A DNA stretch of 62,926 nucleotides, the filler included, from Octopus bimaculoides (lineage: Eukaryota): the NCBI RefSeq assembly GCF_001194135.2. It is 6 parts of 6 records of this genome, joined end to end, with 100 filler letters (N's around TTAATTAATTAA, not from the genome) between each part and the next. Parts side by side here need not be neighbours in the genome. Positions count along the whole stretch, not along the records: positions 19,285 to 33,406 come from NC_068995.1; positions 33,507 to 49,759 come from NC_069003.1; 4 more parts are not named here. The stretch is one strand, 5' to 3'. Within the stretch, counting starts at the first letter, position 1. Every line of letters starts with the position of its first letter. Under the pieces are notes generated by a model. It was given only the letters and a program-made list of their open reading frames with translations, ran no database searches and was not told the origin of the DNA. The position numbers and the translations under genes were made by a program. Shown in pieces: positions 26,952 through 45,315 of this stretch.

Positions 26952-27433
26952 NNNNNNNNNNNNNNNNNNNNNNNNNNNNNNNNNNNNNNNNNNNNNNNNN
27001 NNNNNNNNNNNNNNNNNNNNNNNNNNNNNNNNNNNNNNNNNNNNNNNNNNNNNNNNNNNNNNNNNNNNNNNNNNNNNNNNNNNNNNNNNNNNNNNNNNNN
27101 NNNNNNNNNNNNNNNNNNNNNNNNNNNNNNNNNNNNNNNNNNNNNNNNNNNNNNNNNNNNNNNNNNNNNNNNNNNNNNNNNNNNNNNNNNNNNNNNNNNN
27201 NNNNNNNNNNNNNNNNNNNNNNNNNNNNNNNNNNNNNNNNNNNNNNNNNNNNNNNNNNNNNNNNNNNNNNNNNNNNNNNNNNNNNNNNNNNNNNNNNNNN
27301 NNNNNNNNNNNNNNNNNNNNNNNNNNNNNNNNNNNNNNNNNNNNNNNNNNNNNNNNNNNNNNNNNNNNNNNNNNNNNNNNNNNNNNNNNNNNNNNNNNNN
27401 NNNNNNNNNNNNAGGGAGAGAGAGAGAGAGGGG

Positions 27434-27469
<36 letters not shown>

Positions 27470-27677
27470 TAGCTATCATGTATGTTTGTATGTATGCATG
27501 TGTGTGGGAGTGTATATGTGGTGAAGATGTGTATACATCTCTGTATATACATGCATATATTTGTATCTATGCGTGTATGTATATGTGTATGTATGTGTGT
27601 GTATATGAACATTATTTGTGCATATGTATTGATGCATATGTGTGTGTATACATATATATAGTTATATATATGTATCA

Positions 27678-27759
<82 letters not shown>

Positions 27760-28209
27760 CTTATACCATGTATGAGAACTGAATGAATAGATGACCTGAA
27801 CCCATCAACCACCCCACTGGTCATCTTGTGACAAGTCAACAATATTGACCACTTCATTTTGTTAATCATCTGTTTTTTACTTTATCATAATTCATTTTGG
27901 GGAATTTTTAACGTTCATCCTTCACTCTGTTATTCTCATTCGATCCCCGACCCCTTGTCTGTTTGTCTGTCCTTATTTCGTCCTCTCTTCATTTTAACCT
28001 CTGTATGGTGAATAAAGAAAAGAGTTTGAAAACGGCTACGGCATTGTTCAGACGTGTTTTTTTCGCTCCGGTGAAATTTTATTGATATTGTTGATATTGT
28101 TACTGTGTTATTGAACTGTTTGTTTTGTGTTTTTGTGAAAAACACTGTTTTCTGCTTTGTAGCAGATTTGTTTTTTCCTTCCCCCTTGTTTCCTTCCCTC
28201 TAATTGAAA

Positions 28210-30572
28210 ATGAATTTATCACCCATTTCCTCGGATGAAGAACAGACTTATGGAAAAATGCTGGAAGCCTTGTTTACATGCATAAATATGGAACATGTAG
28301 TTGAAAGGAAAATATGCCTGTCGAACAAGTGGAAGAAGTGAATGTGCCTGTTGTGCAGGCAGAAGAAAGAAATGTGCCTGTTGTACAGACAAAAGAAAAA
28401 AATATGCCTGTGGTACAGGCGGAACTCGGTCAAAGGATAAACACAGTGAATTTTGCAGCCGCTGCAACAAGAACAAAAGATATAAATATCGATAAAAATG
28501 AATTAGAGAAATACGAAGGACTTTCACAAAAGGAGGGACAGGATATTAAATTAGTTCCTCCAAGCGAAATTTCTCATATCACTCAAAGGAAGACCATTAT
28601 CTACAAAACCTTCCGCGTGAAAAATAAGAAAACTGACTTCGTGAATAGAGAGGTAATTGAAAAATATCTGAGGCCCATCTGGCAAGAGACGACCTATATC
28701 GCCAGGGGCAGACATTTTGGAACTGTGGAGGTTCGTTTTCCTAGAGAAGAGAAAGCTAGACAACACTCCACAGCCACATCTCTGCTGAGGTGGTTCTGCT
28801 GCCGACTTACCTCGGAAGACGTACTTCCAAGGTAAGGGTAGCAGAGATACCGCCTGAAATAGATGCCGCCATAATAATGAGCCTGGAGGATAAAATCACT
28901 ATCCTCCAGGCCATCAAATATCATCATCAAAACTGTGTAGGCCAGGCCCTTGAATTAATAATTCAAGCAACGCTCCTAGACCTTAAAGAGATCCCCAGTT
29001 CCATTATAATTGGGGAGGACGTGAACCTCAAGGTCCTTGTAGATGGACGTAAGCCTCGTTATTACAAATGTGGCGAAAAGGGCCACATTATAGCTGAATG
29101 CGAAAAGTGGCAGGAAAAAGAGAAAACAGCCACACCACCAGAGACGACAACTGCGGCGCCCTCAACAGTCGAGGAACAGCCACCACCGCGGGAGGGGACA
29201 GAGAACCAAGAGTGGGTCACTGTTGGCTCACCTAAAAGAAAAAGAAAGAGAAAAGACGCCCCCTTATCTGATACACCAACCACTAGTACATACGCACCCA
29301 CAGAAACACTCGCAAGCACACACACACCTACACACGCTCCCACAAACATACACGCCCCAACAAACACACATGCATCCACAAGCACACAAGCACCCACAAA
29401 CACACACGTGCCCACAAACACACATGCAAGCACACACGCACCTACTAACACACACGCACACGCATCCACACGCCCCTACAAACACATACACACACACTCC
29501 CCACCAATCACCAAAAAAGAAAAGATTAAAATATATAACAGCGATAAATTCAAAAACTGCTGTATTAAAAGAAAAAAATTGAACAGGCCAAATCGACAAA
29601 AATATATAAAATAGCTGAACATATACTGGTCCCTTCCCATATTGAATTCATACTATAGACAATGTGGAATACAATAAAATAGAAAATTTGCGGAGGGCGT
29701 GGGGNNNNNNNNNNNNNNNNNNNNNNNNNNNNNNNNNNNNNNNNNNNNNNNNNNNNNNNNNNNNNNNNNNNNNNNNNNNNNNNNNNNNNNNNNNNNNNNN
29801 NNNNNNNNNNNNNNNNNNNNNNNNNNNNNNNNNNNNNNNNNNNNNNNNNNNNNNNNNNNNNNNNNNNNNNNNNNNNNNNNNNNNNNNNNNNNNNNNNNNN
29901 NNNNNNNNNNNNNNNNNNNNNNNNNNNNNNNNNNNNNNNNNNNNNNNNNNNNNNNNNNNNNNNNNNNNNNNNNNNNNNNNNNNNNNNNNNNNNNNNNNNN
30001 NNNNNNNNNNNNNNNNNNNNNATCGACTGAGTCTATCATCAAGATTGTGCCGTCTCCCTCTTTTAACAAAGATGAGGCGTCATTTTTCTGCGCAGTAGCC
30101 GTATTGAAAGAGACAGTATGGGTGACGCGTGGAAGAGGAATTGGGACAGGCAACTTTATCTCCGGACATGGGTTGGTTAGTTTTTTTAACTACAACCTGT
30201 CCAGAAAGATCAGTCTGGAGAAAAGATGCCTGCCTCGAAGAGTATTTGAGAAAAGATGGACAAACGTCGTAAGGAAGTTGAGAGTGAATGGGGCCGCGCT
30301 AGTGTAGCCAGTCTGAACGGGAAAGAAGGAAAAATGTTTTTAAAAAGGGGTATCATAAAATGTTAAAAAAAAAAAGGAAAACACCGTAAAAAACATATAA
30401 ATGTATAATTTTTAAATTCATTTCGATTTCATTGTACTGTGTAAATTTATCCGATTTCATTATATTCGATTTTAAGACGAACTAGCTAATGTATAACCCC
30501 AGCCCCTAAATGTTTTTGTTTTGTCGTTGTGCTGTCTCCTTTGTGTCATGGTCTGTGTGCCAAATAAAAGAA
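28210..30572 (+). mobile_element. Tx1/L1-superfamily non-LTR retrotransposon: frameshifted ORF1, C-terminal fragment of ORF2 and 3' UTR
   Basis: ORF1 28210-29614 with two frameshifts has an RRM-like RGRHFGTVEVRF, GRKPR and a zinc knuckle YYKCGEKGHIIAEC (first Cys lost). After the gap, 30022-30307 reads VAVLKETVWVTR...GLVSFFNY.L.RKI.LEKR...FEKRW, like Tx1 ORF2 ends. AATAAA + A-run at ~30560. Boundaries approximate. Confidence 0.8.
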
Positions 30573-31321
30573 ATTAGTGGGTTAGTGAGAACGGAGTCTG
30601 GCTGACCGGTTGAAAAAAACGCCATCGCAAAAGAAAGGGGCACAAAAGGACAACTGTGGTAACTCACCAACGAAGCAGTTGTTTCATACCACACTCTCAC
30701 TCTCACTCTCACTAGCTCACTTTATTTTCTCTTACATCACTCTATTTCTATCTGTAATTACTACTACACAATGAAGAGAACACAAACACAAACTATTCAA
30801 GGAAAATCTACTACATCTATCTTTACTTCGAATGCTTTATATCACCTGCCCGTCGATGCAAGGTATTTTACAAGGTAACGGTAAAATAAATATTTTCTGT
30901 GCAACTTCAGTCATTGTTCTTTCATCTTTACATAATGGCAATCAACGAAGGACCAATCCTTACAAACTGATTACGACTCCGACGTTCCATACTATCGTTT
31001 ACAAATTAACTTCAACCATTACTAAAATTAATCCTCTACCGTTACATTAGTGATCTGCAGTTATTCGCAGCTGGTCTGACTGTTCTCGTTCCATCTTGGT
31101 TCCTGTTGTTGGTTCCATCTTGGTTCCGCTATGCTGTTGTTATGTGGGATTAAGGGGTTATTTAGGATTTGGTTGTTGTTATTTCTGGAGTGGTAAGTGA
31201 TGTGGATTCCTATGCTTAGTACTTCCTGGGGGTTGGTCAAAGGAGCATTCGTTAGTGTTGTTCAAGTCATTATTTAGTTTCCTGTACTTGATTCGGTGGT
31301 GTATATGCTGCTGCAAGTTAT

Positions 31322-31525
31322 GCCAGTTAAATGTGAAGTGGTATTTGTGTGATTTGGGGAAACACCAGTTAAATGTGAAGTGGTATTTGTGTGATTTGGG
31401 GAAACACCAGTTAAATGTGNNNNNNNNNNTGGGGAAACACCAGTTAAATGTGAAGTGGTATTTGTGTGATTTGGGGAAACACCAGTTAAATGTGAAGTGG
31501 TATTTGTGTGATTTGGGGAAACACC
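31322..31525. repeat. 42-bp minisatellite, ~5 copies, with a small internal gap
   Basis: Unit CCAGTTAAATGTGAAGTGGTATTTGTGTGATTTGGGGAAACA. Confidence 0.92.
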
Positions 31526-34486
31526 TGTCTAAGGCTGTAAAGAACTGCCGAGCGATCTTCGGAGAAACATTCGATCCGTGAATCGAGCTGTACCAGAGTA
31601 CAATGTGTTAGTTTTATATTTTCGGTTGGGTTTATTAGTCCTGGTGTATTTTGTGTGTTTAATGCAACCTGTTTTGTTGCGTGTTGTATTTAGGTGGCAG
31701 TCTGTAACACTAAATAATACGCTCTGGTGTGAGAAAGATAGGTTGATAAAAGTTTTGTACAAAATGCATACTAATTAGTGTAGTGAGTGGTATACCTGTC
31801 CAAGGAAATTAGGGAGAGCAAATGTAAAAATGGACAGCTAGATAAGGAAAAAAAAATAAAGCAGATGCCAGACCTACAAGACCGGGTACCAATGAGAGGG
31901 GGAATGTATAGGTAATAAAGCGGTGGTAAAAAGAAATAATGGCCGTCATCTGTAGTGGATGGTCAAATTTTATTTGAGGGGAGACCTAGGGCCGTCAAGT
32001 AACATTAATGCTTGAAATAGATGCCTCACTAGCAAACAAAAGATTTAAGATTTACGGTTAAAAACTAAGGTTGAAATTTAGTATCATAAAAATAATAGAA
32101 AATAATCAAAAAAAAATCAAAGAAAGTTAACACTTAAAATTAAAATTAAGGTTAAAATTAATATTACAACCACGAAATGAGTATCCATTGTGTTAATGAA
32201 GATATATTGCTAATGAGACCTATAGAAGAACTATGGGCCTAAAGAGTCTATATATATATACGCGGAGAAGGTTTTGTGTTGTTTATTTATTTAGTAACAG
32301 TGAATGGGTTATGTATGTAGAAGTGCCAGACAGGTAATGTCAGTGATAATTTTTTTTTTACACTTAGACCTGCGGAAAATTTTTAAGGACTTAAAAAATG
32401 TGTATATACAGATGGAGAATGCTTCATGCTGCTTTTTAAGTAACTGTGTAGGGTTATGTAATAACATGTGCAAGGATTCTTTTAGGCATAGCCAACAAGT
32501 AGTATTCTGGCCCTGGTACAGGAGGCCAAAGTCTATGGTAGACCAGGATTTGCTGTAAGGTATGTTCATTTTTTTAAGATAATGCAAATGGTCAGCTGGA
32601 GAAGTAGATTTGTTATGCTCTTCATATCTCAACGGATTTAGATGTGCCGAATATCGATGCATGAAATTAATTGTGAACCTAATATAGAACCTAGCAGAAT
32701 CATGAAGTGTGTTATTATCTACGCATTTGTAAACTACAAACCTTCTGCAATGAGTTTACAAAGGGAATTCATTCGTAGATTTCCAGCCTGAACTAAACCT
32801 ATTTGGCATGAAGGAATTTCCTGTACGTGGATTGGATGTACTATTACAGAGCACGCAATGGCTTAGGGCAGTACCCTCTATAATGCACGGATTAATAAAT
32901 GAGATCACAGAGATTCTAGATACAGTTGAATAAAGGAACAAAAGTCTTACCATTCAGTTGGAATAATTCTCCATTCAAGAGAAACGAAACATAGCAGTTA
33001 AAATGCCCAGAAAAGCGATTGTTTATTTGTTACATCATGACGCACTTCAAAGTGCAAGTATGGACACTGACAAATGGCTGAAACGTCACGTAGGCCAAAA
33101 AGAACTTAATATGACAGCACTACGATTTTTTTTAAAAATGAATATTCTGGGTATTCTCTGTTTTCTTTAAACTATGAATTATTTTTCCTACATCGAAAAG
33201 AATGAAGTCTCTATAGGGACAACTGGATTTTCAAAAGTGGAAAGTACTACGAACGGTCAAACTAACCAACCATAAAAATTAGTACATAAGCACAAGAACG
33301 ATAAACAGAATTATCAATTGAAAATAGCGCAAAACTGATGCCCGCTCGGATAACACATCCCTATAAAAACTTTATAAAAACTTTATATATATATATATAT
33401 ATATATNNNNNNNNNNNNNNNNNNNNNNNNNNNNNNNNNNNNNNNNNNNNTTAATTAATTAANNNNNNNNNNNNNNNNNNNNNNNNNNNNNNNNNNNNNN
33501 NNNNNNCCCCCACCCCACTCCCACCCCACAAAACAGAACCCAAAATAATATTTCACTCTTTCGCTGTCTTTGACTTCTTTTTTCTTTCACGGAAAATAAA
33601 CTTCTTTTAAATAAAATTCTGTGCTAATTCATGTAATTACTGTAAAGTAATAGTTTTCTTTTCTTTTTTATATCTAATCATTAATTTTCCCAATGCTTAT
33701 TGCTGCGCCTGCAGTTATAGAATGTTTTTTCCATTTTTCAAAGAATATAGACGTAGATAGCCAGAGGAGGTCCTTTCTTTGGAGAAAGGTATCTTCTGCA
33801 ACATTTCTGCAACTCGTGTTCTGCCACCAGCAACATACGCTCAAATATACAAAAGGGAATGAACGAGCAAAGGAAAGTAGCACACACACAGTCCTTCGGC
33901 AAGTCTCTCCTTTTTAATTTGCTCAATGTGTGTATAGTAAAGTATATTGATTTCGAATTTAGGCACAACGCCAGCCCTTTCGTGGGAAATGGGAGGTAAG
34001 TCGATCCCATCGACCTCAGTACTCAACTGGTACTTATATTATGGTCCTCGAAAGGATAAAAAGTGAAGTCGACCTCGCGGAATTAGAACTCAGAACGTAA
34101 AGACGGACGAAATGCTGCAAAGCATTCTATCCGGCTCGCTAACGCTTCTGCTAACTGGCCGCCTCAGAGTCGGATAGTATATTAAAATGTATTTTCGTGT
34201 AATACAAAGAGTATCTGATGTAGAAATCAATATGGCAGGTAAAGTGGATTGATGTGTTGCTTATGTAAAAGTTAACAGCTGGGGTGGAACTCAGAGGCTG
34301 TCAATTTGTGTCACATACATGGATATGTGTGAACGTACACACGCATATATATGCACACACACACATATATATACACTTTATATCTATTGATCTGTCTAAT
34401 TTGCTTCCGCTCAAGTTTGAATCTCTTGAGCGCTACCAAGTGTATTCTATACGGGGAACACCTGGATCTCGTCTATGAACAATATA

Positions 34487-34540
<54 letters not shown>

Positions 34541-35890
34541 TGTGTGCGTGTGATTGTTCAATTTTATTTCAAGATTTCTTGCCAATAGAGAAAGAACCGG
34601 TTTCTAACCTAGATCCAAAGCGCCTTCATTGGAATTTCAACATCAACAACGGGGTATGTATGTATGTATGTATGTATGTGTTATACCGTATTTGAAAAGT
34701 CTGGAAAGGTATCTTTAATTTGGTTTTCAAAATCTGACAGTCTGACCGTTCCTCTTCCAAACCAATATTCCACGAACCGTTTCCTTCGTGGCATCGGTGC
34801 CAGTTTTGTGATTACCACCACTGGAGATACTTCACTGATCTGTCAAGGACATTCACTGCGAGGAGAATAAAATCTGCAAGAGATTCGCCTAAATGGAAGC
34901 TTCTAAAAAAAAATAGAACAAAAAAACTAATATCTTTCGTAGACAAAATTTCAAAAAGTGAGGAATGAAGAGGCTTGAGATCATTGCAGATAGCCTTTAT
35001 GCGTTGTTTGGAATCACAGAGACAGCATCTGCTAAACAACGTCTGTGTGTGTGTGTGTGTGTCCTGACTTAGCAAATTTAACTGCCCCATTATGGTATTG
35101 ATTTTATATTAACTAAACTGTAACTGCCTTTCAAGTCAAATTCAACGAGTTTATGTGCATACATGTATGTATGTATGTATGTATGTATGTATGTATGTAT
35201 GTATGTATGTATGTACATGAGTGTATATATATATATATATGCATGTATGTATGCGTGTGTGTATGTATGTATGTATCTATCTATCTGTTTGTACGCGTAT
35301 CTGTGGATACTTGTATGTATGTGTGGCTCTGTGTGATATATTCGTTATTTATTATCTAATTTCTTTTTTTTTAAAGAATTCCAGCCGGTCACAAACAAAA
35401 TGTCAAATCTCTTTTGTTTAAGAGAGTCCGTGATGTTTGTGGTTACCTGAATTGATTGATGTCTACCTGTGTGTGTGTGTTTCACATGTATACGTGATTG
35501 TGTGCATATGTTTCCTCCAAAAAAAACCCTCAAACGGAGAATCCCTGAAATGTTTTACAAATGTTCCCTGATCCTCGAAATGGCTGTATCTGAGAAATAC
35601 GAACCCGTCTGCCAAGAAATATCACCGAAAGAAATTCAACGATAATAGTCCTTCCTCCCTCCCTCTCTCACTTTCATTCACTCTTCCTTCCTTCCTTTCT
35701 TTTTTTCTTTCCTTCTTTCTTTCTTTCTTTTCCTTCCTATCTTCCTTTCATTCTTCCTTCCTTTCTTTCATTCTTTCTTTATCTCTTTCTATCTTTCATT
35801 CATTCTTTCTTTCATTAATTCTTCCTTTCTTCCTTTCTTCTTTCTTTCCTTCTTCCTTTCTATTTTTCTTTTTTCTTTCTATTCCAACAG

Positions 35891-41201
<5,311 letters not shown>

Positions 41202-41366
41202 AATCAAACACCGCGTTTCTTGCGAAAATTGTATCGAACCAAAACGCGTTGGAGTGTTGCGTGGGGCATCTTAAAAAATAATACTTGGACACATCTAAAA
41301 CAGATGCGAAAATAGATGTTATGCTTGAACATAAATCCAGATACGAACGTGAAAATGAACACATGT

Positions 41367-41398
<32 letters not shown>

Positions 41399-43199
41399 AC
41401 AAATATTACATGTATATTTATAGACATATACACACTTATTAGCACACACATACGTACATACATACATACATATATATATGCGTATATGCTCGCTCATTCA
41501 TGCATGAATAGGTATGAATAAGAAAATACATGTAATTATATACACGTTATTGTCTCTCTGTGTATACGTGTATATGTGTATATATATATACAAGTATAGA
41601 GTGAGATATATATGCTGTATGTGTGTGTAGTTTGAATAATGACTTAATGGGACAGTGCTGAACAACAACAATAAAATTTATTTATTATGCGTATTGAGTA
41701 CTCTTTTCTTTCTTCATACCACCGCTTTATACCTTCTGTGTGGGGTCGTGTGCGTGTGTGTGTGTGTAGTGTGAATGAGAGAGAGAGAGATTGATAGATA
41801 GATGTATAAATATAAACATATACACGCATATACGTACATATACATACGTACGTACATACATAAATATATATGTGTCTGCTTGTGTGTGTGTATGTGTATA
41901 TATACACATATATATACCTGTGTCTGTGTGTGTGTGCGCGGGCTCTACCCTGGGAACTACAACACGTTGAAGTCGTTTACAAGCTTTCGTAGGACATACA
42001 TACACACATACATACACACACACATGCATACATATTGAGAAAGGAGAAAGAAAAAGGAGAGAAGGGAAAGGTGGAGAGTAGTACGCGATCGATTTTCCAA
42101 TTCAAACAACGAACGTCCAGCACGTGAGTTCATTTTCTATTAAATCCTCCACTCAACAGAGCTTTGTTTTGGAATGCTCAAAGCACTCTTCCTTCCTCCA
42201 CTATATCTTCCCCTCCCTCTCTCTCTCTCTCTGTTTATCTTTTTTCTCTCTCTCTCTCTCTTTCCTTGCATACGCACTTTTCTTCTTTTCATTTCCTCTT
42301 CACTCCTACCTTCCCAAATCACTCCTCTTCCTGCTGCCCCCTCACATTTTCTCAACTCTTCAGTTTCAATTATTAGTGAGGTCACATGACACTTTCTCTC
42401 AACCCGATCATAAATTGCTCATCAATTAAACATTACTGGCGGCGCGTCTCTATCAATCTTTTCCCGCTGACCGCTACTGGTGGTGTTCTTGTTCTTGTTA
42501 AAGAAGCTTCCTTAGATTTTCGATTGAAAATATTATCATCTAATAACAATTACTATTGTAACTCGATATACTTCACGTTTCTCTTATTTTAATCAATAAA
42601 CAGTCTTCCATGGAAATAATACTAAAAATAGTTTGGTGTGCGTCTCAAAGTAACAAGGGAAGCAACTCTTTAAACACGTTCGAAAATTTATTTACACGGA
42701 GTTATTTCCCTTATCTCATTTTGGAAAAATACGTCTTCCCCTATCCCCCAGCTCAAGTAATTTGTGTCTTCTATTGACATAAGCATAGAATGAAGTCGGA
42801 AAAGGATAAAAGAGGGGTCACAAAGTTGCAATTAGTAGAAAATAAAGACCAGAATGAAAGCTAAAAGTACAAAGTACATAGATTGAAACAGAAAAGAGAG
42901 CAGTAAATGTACCATTCGAATGGTTAATCGATCGCAGCACAAATCTGTTTACCAAGAATGTCGTCTTTCTTTACAAATCGTCTCTGATTCCTTTAACACC
43001 TTTTTTTATTCCCTCAGCTCATCTCTTTTCTCTGAACATTTTCAATTCCAGCAAATTTCTGCCTCCACATTTCATAAGATTCAAGTCTTGTGCACAGACA
43101 GACAAGATGTCTCCCTTTCCTGCCCCCAATTAGATCGCCCATATAATTAACTATCAATTATATCAAACCAATGAGTGGGTCTTTATGTGGTCACTGGCT

Positions 43200-43575
43200 C
43201 TGCTAGAAATAGTAACCATACGGCATTCAATTCACATTACACTCTCTCTCCTATTGTCACTATAATGGCCTCTGCCCCTCAGAACTGGCTGGTTCCGATT
43301 TGTCATAAATCGGGCACCCCCACTCCACTCATCTTTCCATACCTTACCACTCTTAGTACTTCCAACCCCCTCAGCCCCACGCTAAACACTATATCCACTC
43401 CTTGCTTCCCTGGAACGTTGTCCCACTTCAATCTCCCACGGTTCATGTCTTTCCTAAAACTTTCCTTCTTAACCGGCGACAGCTATTTAATTCCCCAGAA
43501 ACCACATCGACTTCACCAGTCCTGGACGATCTGCAAGAGTTATGTCCCTTACTCGACAAGTAAAAAAAAAAAAAA
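43200..43575 (+). mobile_element. Degenerate CR1/L2-like LINE 3' end with poly(A)
   Basis: One frame with stops reads ELAG...STHLSIPYHS...HYIHSLLPWNVVP..VFPK, similar to RT C-terminal SFFP..WN.LP..VFP; ends in a long A run at ~43562-43576. Confidence 0.4.
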
Positions 43576-43963
43576 ATCTTTTAGACACACCATCATCATC
43601 GTCGTCGTCGTTTAATGTCCGCTTTCCACACTGGCATGGGTTGGACGGTTTAAGTGAGAACTGGCAGGCCGGGAGGCTGCACCAAGCTCCAATCTAATTT
43701 GGCAAGGCATCTACAGCCGGATGCCCTTCCTAATGCCAACCACTCCGAGACTTTAGCGGATGCTTTCTACATGCCACCAGCACAGCAGCCAGTCAGGTGG
43801 CACTGGCATCAGCCTCGGCATCGGCACATTGGACATATTAGAACTAGAGACGCTTGATTATGTAGTCCAAGATTTGAAACCCAGGGAATGCAGGGGAAAC
43901 TCACTTGAAATTAATCAACCATACCAACAACAACAACAACAATAAAATTTCATAAAAATATAT

Positions 43964-43969
43964 TTTATT
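43964..43969 (-). terminator. Candidate polyadenylation signal AATAAA for OMA1
   Basis: AATAAA on the minus strand ~27 nt after the stop, in AT-rich sequence; could be chance. Confidence 0.4.
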
Positions 43970-43995
43970 GTAAAAATTGTAAAAAATTGTTGCAT

Positions 43996-44145
43996 CTACA
44001 TCAGAACATTGATTTGTTTCAAATTCTGTCCAGCTTGTTGGCTTCTTATAATATTTTCCATTGCTTCCTCAAACTTCTTAAACTTCTCTCTTGGATCGAC
44101 GCTGGACAAAGGTGGGCATCCACATTGGTCACGCACTGCTATAGC
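43996..44145 (-). CDS. OMA1: OMA1 terminal exon AIAVRDQCGCPPLSSVDPREKFKKFEEAMENIIRSQQAGQNLKQINVLM*
   Basis: ttttaaag| acceptor, 150 nt ending TAG; CxCPPL...DPR matches the OMA1 C-terminus. Confidence 0.92.
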   Translation of the reverse strand, partial: AIAVRDQCGCPPLSSVDPREKFKKFEEAMENIIRSQQAGQNLKQINVLM

Positions 44146-45273
44146 CTTTAAAACAAAAAAATCAAAGACAATATAAACAATTCAGCCGAAACTTTGTGTT
44201 AACAACAAAGAAGATGAGGACAAATATCTGTCAAATGTATCTAATCCCATTTCTTGTTTACCTACCTTTGGGACCAAGTGGTCAATCAGCTGACCACGCT
44301 GCAAATGGAGGGGATGAGTCGACAACCATTGGGGCGAGGTCACTTGATTCAGCTTGTCGTTTATTTCCATCTGCTTCCAGAAATTGCTTCCTTCCCTGAT
44401 ATCGTAACAGGCCTGTACAGGTAAGTAGAGAGAAGGTAAGTGTGGCCAGAATAACAAGACATTATAAAATAGACATTATTAAATAGTAAATAACAATCCC
44501 AACACTGTACAACCACAACGTCAGGGTCCTGTCATCTTTGACACCATTTTTCTTGGCTGACCCCAACTTCCAATCACCCTGGCTGCCTACCCAGTAACAT
44601 TTCCTCCCTCAATAAAAGACATGCAATTCAGGTCTGGCATATGGAAAGCTAAGCAAACAAATTCGATTTTAAAAATACAATCGTTCATATTTATGAGAGA
44701 CAGCTTAAAAGGAGGTACATATCATCATCATCATCATCATCATTTAACATCTGCTTTCCATGCTGGCATGGGTTGGAAGGTCTGACATGAAGCTGGCTAT
44801 GCAGAAGACTGCACCAGGCTTCACTGTCTGTTTTGGCAGGGTTTTTATGGCTGGATGCGCTTCCTAACACATGTTATTCTTTTATTCTTTAGCATGTTTC
44901 ACTCATAGGATTGTGGCCACACTGGGGCATTGCCTTGAAGGACACATCAACTCCAGTTCTTATTTTTCATTTTTTAAGTCTGGCCACTTATGATTTTGGT
45001 CTCATTTACCAAACTGTAAAGTTACAGGGACATAAACAGACCTACACTAGTTATCAAAAAATGGTTGGACAAGCATAAAAACACACTGTGTGTGTGTTTG
45101 TGTGTGTGTGAGAGAGAGAGATAGAAACACAAAGTTATGTGAGTGGATTTACACTAAGACATTGCAATACGAACCTTTGCAGCCAATTTGATGCCAACAA
45201 TATCAGCTTCAGTCTCTAATTTCCTACTGTAAGGTAAATCAAGGAGAATCTGCGATGAAAGAGAAGAAGACAC

Positions 45274-45315
<42 letters not shown>

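Noticed and set aside
30640-30700. Minus-strand ATGAAACAACTGCTTCGTTG|gtgagt as a first exon
   Set aside because: A single donor-like site with no downstream exon identified in this scaffold.
31322-31525. CRISPR-like reading of the 42-bp, 33-bp, 51-bp or 45-bp arrays
   Set aside because: Eukaryotic DNA with no cas genes. The first three have no unique spacers, and the 45-bp array has only an 11-bp core.
32304-32960. Several 40-117 codon open frames, weakly reminiscent of RT or mariner N-terminal segments
   Set aside because: No diagnostic motif or consistent splice structure; probably a decayed TE but not assignable by eye.
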